Source of the DNA: Reyranella sp.
Lineage (GTDB): Bacteria; Pseudomonadota; Alphaproteobacteria; Reyranellales; Reyranellaceae
Length of the DNA stretch: 64,000 nucleotides
Assembly (NCBI GenBank): GCA_052386855.1
Contig: JBQTJT010000108.1
Span: 2,340-66,339 of the forward strand
Reading direction: 5' to 3'
In this document: piece by piece, positions 56,516 to 64,000 of the stretch
Position numbering within the stretch: position 1 is the first letter of the stretch
Layout: every line of letters begins with the position of its first letter
Made by a program: the position numbers and the translations under genes
Notes under the pieces: generated by a model
What the model was told of the DNA's origin: nothing
Databases searched by the model: none
What the model saw: the letters and a program-made list of their open reading frames with translations, nothing else

Positions 56516-57580
56516 CTATCGCGAGAACACGATACAGGCCGGGCTGCCGACCTTCACCCTGACCGGGCTCGGCGTCAACCGGCCGTCGCGGCCGACGCGA
56601 TAGGTGACGATCGAGTGTCCGTCCTGGTTGGCGACATAGAGATGCTTCTCGGCCGGGTCGAAGGCGAAGAAGCGCGGAGTCTTGCCGTGGGTCGGCACCC
56701 ACTGCTTCGGTGCCAGCGTGCCCTTGGCGGCATCCACGGCAAACACACCGATACTGTCGTGACCCCGGTTCGAGACATAGACGTGACGGCCGCGGCGATC
56801 GAGCCAGATCTCCGCGCCGGTGCTGTAGCCGGTGAAATCGGAGGGCGTGGAGGGAACAGTCTGCATCGGCGTGAGCTTGCCGCTGCGGCGATCCTGGCGG
56901 TAGCTCGTGATCGTCGAATCGAGTTCGTTGAGGACGTAGGCCAGTGCCTTGGTCGGATGGAAGTCGATATGGCGCGGCGCGGCCCCAGGCCGGGCGGTCA
57001 CGCGTGCGGCCTCGATCAACACGCGGCGCTTTTCGTCGAGCCGGTAGGCCACGACGCAGTCCGATCCCTTGCACGGAACATAGAAGAAGCGGCCCTGGCG
57101 ATCGAGCGGGATGTGATGCGGCGCCATGTTGCGCTGCTGTCCGCGGTGCGGCCCCAGCGTGCCGGTGACCGGCGTGAGCGTGGTGTAGGGGCCGAGGCCG
57201 CCATTCTTCTGCACCTGAAGCACGGCCAGGGAATCGGAGCCGTAGTTCACCACCGAGAGGAACTTGCCCGTGGCATCGAACGCGAGATGGACCGGATTGT
57301 AGCCGCCGGTCGACTGGCGGTTGATTAGGCTCAAGTGACCGGTGCTCTGGTCGATGGCGAAGGCCGTCGCTTCGCTGCGATCGCCATGCACCGAGTAGAG
57401 GAAACGCCCCGCCCGATCGATGGCCAGGAACGAGGGATTCTCCAGGCCGGCCAGATGCTGGACGTGGCTGAAGGCGCCGGTGCGGCGGTTGACGCGATAG
57501 ACGTTGATGCCGTTGCCACGGCCGTTGCGTCCGGGCGTGGTATAGCTGCCAACGTAGGCGAAAAGCGGATGTGTGTTCAT
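56516..57580 (-). CDS. lactonase family protein (6-phosphogluconolactonase-like beta-propeller)
   Basis: Contains FAYVGSYTTPGRNGRGNGINVYRV, NPSFLAIDRAGRFLYSV and repeated propeller blades. Confidence 0.85.
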   Translation of the reverse strand: MNTHPLFAYVGSYTTPGRNGRGNGINVYRVNRRTGAFSHVQHLAGLENPSFLAIDRAGRFLYSVHGDRSEATAFAIDQSTGHLSLINRQSTGGYNPVHLAFDATGKFLSVVNYGSDSLAVLQVQKNGGLGPYTTLTPVTGTLGPHRGQQRNMAPHHIPLDRQGRFFYVPCKGSDCVVAYRLDEKRRVLIEAARVTARPGAAPRHIDFHPTKALAYVLNELDSTITSYRQDRRSGKLTPMQTVPSTPSDFTGYSTGAEIWLDRRGRHVYVSNRGHDSIGVFAVDAAKGTLAPKQWVPTHGKTPRFFAFDPAEKHLYVANQDGHSIVTYRVGRDGRLTPSPVRVKVGSPACIVFSR

Positions 57581-57616
57581 TACGCCATTGTCGGCGTGTA
57601 ACGGCGGAGGTCAACG

Positions 57617-58462
57617 ATGGCCATGGGACAAAACCGGAAGGTTGCTCTGGTCACCGGCGCCAACCAGGGCCTCGGCCTGGCGCTTGCGCGCGGCCTTTGT
57701 CATGCGCTGGGTGGCGAGGGCGTGGTCTATCTCACGGCGCGCAGCGAGGCGCGCGGGCAGGCGGCATGCGAGCTTCTGCGGCGCGAGGGATTGCAGCCGG
57801 AGTTCCTCGCGATGGACGTTGCCGATGACGGCAGTGTGCAGGCGGCAGCCAAAGCGATCCTGGAGCGCCACGGCGGCATCGACATCGTCGTGTCGAATGC
57901 AGCCCAGCGCATTGCCAAGGACGTGCCGGCGGCCGAGCAGGTGGTCGGGTTCATCAACACCAACAATCACGGCACCTATCGGATGATCGACGCCTTCGTG
58001 CCCCTGCTGCGCGACAACGCGCGTTTCATCGTGGTGGCAAGTTCGTTCGGCTCTCTGCGCAATCTCGACGCAAGACTGCACCGGAAGTTCGACCATGAAA
58101 GCCTGACACTCGCTGGCATCGAGCAGGCCATGGACGACTACGCGGCCGCCGTGCGCTCGGGCGCTGCCAGCATGGAGGGCTGGCCGGACTGGATCAACGT
58201 GCCGTCGAAGATCGGCCAGGTGGCGTCCGCCCGGCTGCTCGCGCGCGAGGCCGAGTTCCGCCGGCGCGGCATCCTGGTCAACGCCGTGTGCCCCGGTCTC
58301 GTCGATACCGAAGCCTCGCGGCCCTGGTTCGACGACATGTCGAGTGCCGTCAGTCCGGACGAGGCAGCCAAGGATATCGTCTGGCTGGCGACACTGCCGC
58401 CGGGCTCGGCCGAGCCCCATGGCGAACTCGTGCGCCATCGCCAACCCCGCGCCTGGGTGTGA
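57617..58462 (+). CDS. SDR family oxidoreductase (carbonyl-reductase-like)
   Basis: Contains KVALVTGANQGLGLALARGL, NAA and a YxxxK-type core. Confidence 0.9.
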   Translation: MAMGQNRKVALVTGANQGLGLALARGLCHALGGEGVVYLTARSEARGQAACELLRREGLQPEFLAMDVADDGSVQAAAKAILERHGGIDIVVSNAAQRIAKDVPAAEQVVGFINTNNHGTYRMIDAFVPLLRDNARFIVVASSFGSLRNLDARLHRKFDHESLTLAGIEQAMDDYAAAVRSGAASMEGWPDWINVPSKIGQVASARLLAREAEFRRRGILVNAVCPGLVDTEASRPWFDDMSSAVSPDEAAKDIVWLATLPPGSAEPHGELVRHRQPRAWV

Positions 58463-58472
58463 TCGTCGCCGC

Positions 58473-59384
58473 CTAGCCTGCGGACGAGACGATGATCCCG
58501 ACGCCCAGTACCACCAGGGCGATGCCGGCGAGTTCGCGCCGGCTGATCGTCTCGCGGAAGATGCGCAGCGACACGAAATAGGTGAACAGCACTTCGATCA
58601 GGATCAGGGTCCGCACATTGGAAGCGGATTCCAGGGCCAGCGCGGTCACGTTGGCCGCCGAGGCCGAGGCGCCGGCGAGGCCCGCGAACAGCGACAGCCG
58701 CCATTCGCGCAGCACGCCCAGCACGACCTGGGGCGTGCGGACAAGGAGCCAGGCGCCGAGCAGCAGGGTCTGCGTGAGTTGACTCCAGAACAGGGTTCCG
58801 GCGGCGCCGAGGAAGGGCGAGCCGGCATCGAGCACGAGCGTGGCGCCGCGATAGCCGACCACCGAGATGGCGAAGGCCGAGCCCGAGGCCAGGCCGAACA
58901 GGGCGGCGGGGTCGGCCCAACTCCGCGCCAGCACCGTCCCCTGGGGGCGTGGCGACAGCAGCACGACGCCGAATGTCGCCAGCACGATCGCGAGCGCCGT
59001 CGCCAGCGACAGGCGCTCGCCCAGGAAGATCACCGAGAAGAGGGCGACCTGGATGACCTCGCTCTTGGAATAGACGAGGCCGATGGCGAAGCTGCGTTCG
59101 GCCATGGCGCGCAGCAACAGCGCCGTGCCCGCCATCTGGCTGAGCGCAGCCACCAGGACCCAGACGGCGAAGCCCGTCGTGAGAGGCGGCATCGGATGGC
59201 CGCCCAGCGCGATCACGAGGCCGAGCCATAGCGCGAGGAGCGGCATGCCGTAGAGGAAGCGGACCAGGGTGGCGCCCAGAGTCCCGAGGTCGTCGGTCAG
59301 ACGCCGCTGCGCCGTGTTGCGCACGGTCTGGGCCAGGGCAGCGAAGATCGTGAGCGGAATCCAGAGCCAGGGCAGGGTGGTCAT
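58473..59384 (-). CDS. DMT (EamA-like) family transporter
   Basis: About 10 TM helices. I prefer ATG 59384 (MTTLPWLWIPLTIFAALAQ). The track start at 59426 is a TTG inside a palindrome. Confidence 0.8.
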   Translation of the reverse strand: MTTLPWLWIPLTIFAALAQTVRNTAQRRLTDDLGTLGATLVRFLYGMPLLALWLGLVIALGGHPMPPLTTGFAVWVLVAALSQMAGTALLLRAMAERSFAIGLVYSKSEVIQVALFSVIFLGERLSLATALAIVLATFGVVLLSPRPQGTVLARSWADPAALFGLASGSAFAISVVGYRGATLVLDAGSPFLGAAGTLFWSQLTQTLLLGAWLLVRTPQVVLGVLREWRLSLFAGLAGASASAANVTALALESASNVRTLILIEVLFTYFVSLRIFRETISRRELAGIALVVLGVGIIVSSAG

Positions 59385-59420
59385 TCTCTGTTTCAGGCCG
59401 TCGTTTCGGCTGGCGCTTTG

Positions 59421-59450
59421 GGTCAATTGACCGTGGTGAACAATTGTTCA
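59421..59450. promoter_or_regulatory. two adjacent perfect palindromes, candidate operators
   Basis: GGTCAATTGACC (59421..59432) and TGAACAATTGTTCA (59437..59450) are both centred on CAATTG. They lie in the divergent promoter region between the DMT gene and the ABC operon. Confidence 0.4.
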
Positions 59451-59506
59451 TAAGATCGGCACAATCGGTCGTCGACCACAAAACAAATCGCTACGGGAGA
59501 AACGCC

Positions 59507-60778
59507 ATGAGCTTGATCAAGTCGCGTGCGGCTGGCCGTCGCCAGATCCTCAAAGGTGCGGGTGCCTTGGCCACTGCCGGTGTGATCGGCATGCCGGCCA
59601 TCGTCAAAGGCCAGAGCGGGGCTATCAAGATCGGCGTGCCGACCATCCTGTCCGGTCGCGTCGCCGTGCTCGGGCAGACCAGTGTCGGTGGCCTGAAAGT
59701 CGTGTTCGACAAGGTTAACGAGGCGGGCGGCATCAACGGCCGCAAGATCGAACTGGTGGTGCGCGACTCCAAGGGGGCGCCGCAGGAAGCCGCCAAGGTT
59801 ACGCGCGATCTGATCAACAACGACGGCTGCCAGATCATCGTCGATGCCGAAGCTTCGAGCGGCGCCTTCGCCGTGCAGGAGGTGATCCGCGAGGTGGGCG
59901 TTCTTTGCATCCACTCGAATTCCGAGACGTCGTCGCTGACGGCCGATCCCAAGCTGCATGTACCTACGGCCTTCCGCTCGGCGCGCCAAGGTATTCACGA
60001 CGCGATCGGTGGCGGCGACTATGCGGCCAAGATCGCCAAGGCGAAGGGTCTGAAGAAATGGGCGACCTGCTCGCCGGATTACGCATATGGACGCTCCAAC
60101 ACGGCCGAGTTCATGGAATACGCCAAGCACTTTGACGGCACGATCACCGTGACCGAGGAGGCGTGGCCCAAGCTGTTCCAGCCCGATTACACCGAGGTCG
60201 TGACCAAGCTCCTGAATGCCAAGGCCGATGCGATGTATTCGGCGCTGTGGGGGGGCGATCTGGTGGCCTTCATCGACCAGGCCAATCTCTACGGCCTGTT
60301 CGACAAGCAGGCGTCCTTCATGGTGAATCTGGGCGACTACGGCATCGTCGATGAAGTGAAGCAGTTCCCGCAGGGCGTCTACTCGGGCGGCCGCTACAAT
60401 CGGACCGTGCCGCCGACACCGGAAAATGAGGCCTGGTACCAGAATTACGTGAAGACCCAGAAGCATAAGCCGACCAACTGGTCGTGGGAGAATGCCGTCG
60501 CCGCCGAATTCCTGGTCGATGCGCTGAAGAAGACCAACGGCGACACCAATGGCAAGAAGCTGGCCGAGGCGATCAAGGGTGCCACGATCAAGTCGCCGTT
60601 CGGCGTCGATGGCACGGTGACGATGCGCGCCGAGGACAACACGCTGATCAACTACATCATCGGTTACGGTCTCTCGCAGTCCAAGGATCCGTACATCAAG
60701 GACTTCCAGGCCTCGTCCTGGGGCCCGATCATCGAGCTCGAGAAGGCATGGAAGAAGAAGCAGGGCTACGCCACCTGA
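59507..60778 (+). CDS. ABC transporter substrate-binding protein (Leu/Ile/Val/amide-binding family) with Tat-like signal
   Basis: ATG 59507 follows GGGAGA. The product starts MSLIKSRAAGRRQILKGAGALATAGVIGMPAIVKGQ. Confidence 0.85.
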   Translation: MSLIKSRAAGRRQILKGAGALATAGVIGMPAIVKGQSGAIKIGVPTILSGRVAVLGQTSVGGLKVVFDKVNEAGGINGRKIELVVRDSKGAPQEAAKVTRDLINNDGCQIIVDAEASSGAFAVQEVIREVGVLCIHSNSETSSLTADPKLHVPTAFRSARQGIHDAIGGGDYAAKIAKAKGLKKWATCSPDYAYGRSNTAEFMEYAKHFDGTITVTEEAWPKLFQPDYTEVVTKLLNAKADAMYSALWGGDLVAFIDQANLYGLFDKQASFMVNLGDYGIVDEVKQFPQGVYSGGRYNRTVPPTPENEAWYQNYVKTQKHKPTNWSWENAVAAEFLVDALKKTNGDTNGKKLAEAIKGATIKSPFGVDGTVTMRAEDNTLINYIIGYGLSQSKDPYIKDFQASSWGPIIELEKAWKKKQGYAT

Positions 60779-60820
60779 TCCGCGGAGGGGCCTGCGTACC
60801 TGGCCTGAAGGAAACAGTTC

Positions 60821-61723
60821 GTGGATCTTGAAGCGTTGTTGCGGTGTTTCGGGACTGGGTCATGCGTCGTGACCCAGCTCACCAGTGGCATGATCATCGG
60901 CATGCTGCTGTTCCTGATCGCGTCGGGCGTGACGCTGATCTTCGGCGTGCTCAATGTCACCAACTTCGCGCACGGTTCGCTCTACATGGCGGGCGCCTAT
61001 ATCGCTCTCACACTGTACCAGGCGAGCGGTAGCTATTTCGCCTCGGCGATCGGTGCGGCGATAGCGGTTGGCGTGCTCGGAATCCTGTTCGAACGGCTGT
61101 TGATGAGCAAGGTCTACGGCTCGAACGTGCTGATGCAACTCCTGGTCTGCTACGCCGTAATTCTCATTTCCGACGATCTGGTCAAGATCATCTGGGGCCC
61201 GCGCGTGCTGTCGATGGGCATGCCGGCCGAATTCCGCCTGCCGCCGATCCGCTTCCTGGGCGGCGTCATTCCGCCGTTCTACCTGTTCATGATCGGCGCG
61301 GCGATGGTGTTGGGCCTGCTGCTGTGGCTGGTCATCGCGCGCACACGCTTTGGCAAGGTCGTGCGGGCCGCCGCCGTGAACGGGCCTATGGTTTCGGCGC
61401 TCGGCATCCGCGTTAATCTCTACTACGCCGCCGTGTTCGGCCTCGGCAGTGCCCTGGCAGGTGCGGCCGGTGCGCTGGCCGCCCCGGTGCGCTCGCTGAC
61501 CCCGGGCATGGGCTTTTCGATCCTGATCGAGTCCTTCATCGTCACCGTGATCGGCGGCATGGGCTCGATCTTCGGCGCCTTCGTTGCCGCCCTCCTGATC
61601 GGCTTCACGCGGTCTTTCGGCAGCATCGGCTTTCCCCTGTTCGTCGACGGCGTGATGTTCCTGATCATGGCGCTGGTCCTGATCTTCAAGCCGAGCGGCC
61701 TGTTCGGCCGCGAGCACCGGTAG
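60821..61723 (+). CDS. branched-chain amino acid-type ABC transporter permease (LivH-like)
   Basis: GTG start. Contains LIFGVLNVTNFAHGSLYMAGAY. Confidence 0.9.
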   Translation: MDLEALLRCFGTGSCVVTQLTSGMIIGMLLFLIASGVTLIFGVLNVTNFAHGSLYMAGAYIALTLYQASGSYFASAIGAAIAVGVLGILFERLLMSKVYGSNVLMQLLVCYAVILISDDLVKIIWGPRVLSMGMPAEFRLPPIRFLGGVIPPFYLFMIGAAMVLGLLLWLVIARTRFGKVVRAAAVNGPMVSALGIRVNLYYAAVFGLGSALAGAAGALAAPVRSLTPGMGFSILIESFIVTVIGGMGSIFGAFVAALLIGFTRSFGSIGFPLFVDGVMFLIMALVLIFKPSGLFGREHR

Positions 61724-61728
61724 CCACC

Positions 61729-62727
61729 ATGACGCGACGCTGGCGCGATCTCGCCTGGGCAGGTGTTGGGCTCCTGGCGCTTCTCCTGGTCCCGGCGTTG
61801 GGCGCGCCGCCCGCGATCCGCGACTTCGTCATGTTCGCGATGGCCTACGGCCTGCTCGCCATGTCGCTCAACCTGCTGATCGGCTACACCGGCCTGGTCT
61901 CGTTCGGTCATGCCATGTTCTTCGCGTCGGGCGCCTACGCGTTCGGCCTCGCCATGCAGTCGGGCAAGTTCTCGATCCCGGCAGCCTTCGCTTTGGCGAT
62001 CGTCTTTACCGCCGTGCTGGCGCTTGTCATCGGAGCGATCTGCGTCCGACTGAACGAGATCTACTTCGCCTTCTTGACGCTCGCCTTCCAGATGCTGATC
62101 TACAACGTGATCCTGGGCTGGGTGTCGTTTACCGGTGGGGACCAGGGGTTGATGGGTGGCATCCCGCGGCCGAAGTTCCTCGGCATCGACCTGGCCGACC
62201 GCACGCAGCTCTATGTCTTCTGCGCCGTGATGTTCGTGATCTGCCTCGCCATCATGCGCCAGATCGTGACCTCGCCCTTCGGCTACACGCTGCGCCTGAT
62301 CCGGGACAACCAGGAGCGGGCGGCGTTCCTCGGCATCGATGTGGTTCGAACCAAGCTGGTCTGCTTCGTGATCTCGGCCTGCATCGCAGCCGTTGGCGGC
62401 ATCCTGCTCTGCCTGTTCGTGTCCGGCGCCTATCCGAACTTCGCCTTCTGGACGACCTCGGGCGAGGCCATCTTCATGATCCTGCTGGGCGGCTCCAACG
62501 TCTTCCTGGGCCCCGTCGTGGGCACGATCATCCTGCGCATCCTGAACGACGTCACCATCGCCTACACCAGTCACACCGATCTGGTGCTCGGCATTGTCAT
62601 CCTCGTCCTGGTGCTGGGCCTGCGCAAAGGCCCGCTCGACGTGATCGCGGAGCGCCTGGAGAACCGGCGGCAGGAGGCGGCGCGCAAGCTGCGCGACGCC
62701 GCCGATGCGGCGAGCGAGAAGAAGTAG
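61729..62727 (+). CDS. branched-chain amino acid-type ABC transporter permease (LivM-like)
   Basis: Contains NLLIGYTGLVSFGHAMFFASGAYAF. Confidence 0.9.
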   Translation: MTRRWRDLAWAGVGLLALLLVPALGAPPAIRDFVMFAMAYGLLAMSLNLLIGYTGLVSFGHAMFFASGAYAFGLAMQSGKFSIPAAFALAIVFTAVLALVIGAICVRLNEIYFAFLTLAFQMLIYNVILGWVSFTGGDQGLMGGIPRPKFLGIDLADRTQLYVFCAVMFVICLAIMRQIVTSPFGYTLRLIRDNQERAAFLGIDVVRTKLVCFVISACIAAVGGILLCLFVSGAYPNFAFWTTSGEAIFMILLGGSNVFLGPVVGTIILRILNDVTIAYTSHTDLVLGIVILVLVLGLRKGPLDVIAERLENRRQEAARKLRDAADAASEKK

Positions 62728-62731
62728 CGCC

Positions 62732-63490
62732 ATGCTGAAGCTGGAAGGTGTGCGCAAGTCATTTGGCGGCGTCGCGGCGACCCGCGACGTGACGCTCGAC
62801 TTCGCCGACGGATCTTTCAGCGCCGTCATCGGGCCCAACGGGGCCGGCAAGACGACGCTGTTCAACCTGATCACCGGCCGGTTCGCGCCGGATGCCGGCC
62901 GTATCCTGCTGGCGGGCCAGGACATCGCCGGTCTCGGGCGGCGCGAGATCGTGCGTCGCGGCATCGGCCGCGCCTTCCAGGTCGCGAGCCTGTTTCCGAC
63001 CCTCACCGTGGCGGAGGCGCTGGCCGCCGCCGTGCAGGCGCATCACCGCAGCGAAGGCGTCAAGCTGCAGTCTTTTCCGCTTCGCGCTGCCGCGGAGCGC
63101 GCCGGCGAGATCATGGAAATGCTGAAGCTCACCCGGGTGGCCGGCATTCTCAGCCGCAACCTCAGTCATGGCGATCAGAAGCTGCTCGATGTCGGGCTCG
63201 CCCTGGCGCTTGATCCCAAGGTGCTGCTGCTCGATGAGCCGACAGCCGGCATGGGACCGGAAGAGCGCTGGCAGATGATCGAGACGGTCCAGGGTCTGTG
63301 GCGTGCCGTCGGCATGACCCTGATCTTCATCGAGCACGACATGGATATCGTCTTCAAGGTGGCCGAGACGGTGCGCGTGCTGTCCTACGGCACGGTGCTG
63401 GCTGAAGGAACGCCCGATGAGATCCGGCGCGATCCCAAGGTGATCGAGGCCTATCTCGGCAAGTCGGCAAAGGGCGCGGCCGCGGCATGA
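62732..63490 (+). CDS. ABC transporter ATP-binding protein (LivG-like)
   Basis: Start is ATG 62732 (MLKLEGVRKSFGG). Contains [23 protein letters not shown] and LLLLDEPTAG. Confidence 0.9.
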   Translation: MLKLEGVRKSFGGVAATRDVTLDFADGSFSAVIGPNGAGKTTLFNLITGRFAPDAGRILLAGQDIAGLGRREIVRRGIGRAFQVASLFPTLTVAEALAAAVQAHHRSEGVKLQSFPLRAAAERAGEIMEMLKLTRVAGILSRNLSHGDQKLLDVGLALALDPKVLLLDEPTAGMGPEERWQMIETVQGLWRAVGMTLIFIEHDMDIVFKVAETVRVLSYGTVLAEGTPDEIRRDPKVIEAYLGKSAKGAAAA

Positions 63491-64000
63491 GCGGCCAACC
63501 GATCCTGAAGGTCGATGCCATCGACGTCTTCTATGGCGCCAGCCAGATCCTGTTCGGTGTGTCGTTCGACGTGGAGCGCGGCCAGTCCCTGGCGCTGCTC
63601 GGCCGCAATGGTGCGGGCAAGAGCACGACAATGAAGGCGATCATCGGCCTCGCGCCACCGCGGCGGGGAACGGTCGAGGTGCGCGGGGTGGCGGTGCACA
63701 AGCGTACGGCCGACCGCATTGCGCGTGCGGGAGTAGGCTTCGTGCCGGAGGATCGCCAGATCTTCCCCGAGCATTCGGTGGAAGACAATCTCATGATCGG
63801 CGTCAAGACCGGGCCCAGCGGTCGAGCCGACTGGACGCTGGAGAAGATCTACGACGTGTTTCCCATCCTGGCCTCGATGCGCGGACGCATGGGTGGACGC
63901 CTGTCCGGCGGCGAGCAGCAGATGCTCACCATCGCCCGCACCCTGATGGGCAATCCCGACGTGCTGCTGCTCGACGAGCCCAGCGAGGGGCTGGCCCCGA
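63487..64000 (+). CDS. ABC transporter ATP-binding protein (LivF-like), 5' part; continues past the right edge
   Basis: Own translation from ATG 63487 (ATGA overlap with the upstream stop): MSGQPILKVDAIDVFYG, then GRNGAGKSTTM, LSGGEQQML and LLLDEPSEGLAP. It is absent from the ORF track because no stop lies in the window. Confidence 0.85.
   Translation, partial: MSGQPILKVDAIDVFYGASQILFGVSFDVERGQSLALLGRNGAGKSTTMKAIIGLAPPRRGTVEVRGVAVHKRTADRIARAGVGFVPEDRQIFPEHSVEDNLMIGVKTGPSGRADWTLEKIYDVFPILASMRGRMGGRLSGGEQQMLTIARTLMGNPDVLLLDEPSEGLAP

Noticed and set aside
61423-63006. A 527-aa ORF lies on the minus strand. Similar long antisense ORFs occur at 38585..39907, 19088..19936, 14812..15999, 29517..30380 and 58138..59481.
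   Set aside because: All of them overlap genes with clear family motifs on the other strand. All have arginine- and proline-rich artefact composition.

Overview
This is a high-GC, gene-dense chromosomal segment with alphaproteobacterial synteny (nrdR-ribD-ribE-ribB-ribH-nusB-thiL and yceD-rpmF-plsX-fabH-ihfA-merR). I support about 70 protein genes, one tRNA-Pro(GGG) and two clear intrinsic terminators. I saw no CRISPR array, IS element, integrase or prophage. The content is mostly housekeeping and catabolic: hemB, glyA, rpiB, riboflavin genes, H+-pyrophosphatase, a valine-catabolism cluster, gcdH, two Liv-type ABC transporters, corA, several MFS and DMT transporters, and three GST-like genes. 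Many of the long ORFs in the supplied track are antisense shadow ORFs typical of GC-rich DNA and are rejected. The most interesting locus is 21339..26369. The 93-aa ORF at 23575..23856 does not really end at its TGA. The frame stays open for 78 more codons, the TGA sits in the motif U-G-S-C, and a SECIS-like hairpin follows it, so I call a 172-aa selenoprotein. This gene sits in a tightly coupled four-gene operon. The other members are a thioredoxin-reductase-like flavoprotein that lacks the NADPH-binding motifs and two paralogous proteins I cannot assign to a family. A padR operon is transcribed divergently from it, behind a perfect 12-bp inverted repeat, and encodes a ferric-reductase-like membrane protein. 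Other notable points are a translationally coupled metY plus two tandem Rieske oxygenases behind a 286-nt leader with a duplicated motif, tandem alpha/beta-hydrolase paralogs, a RibB fusion with a degenerate GTP cyclohydrolase II domain, and edge-truncated genes missing from the ORF track.
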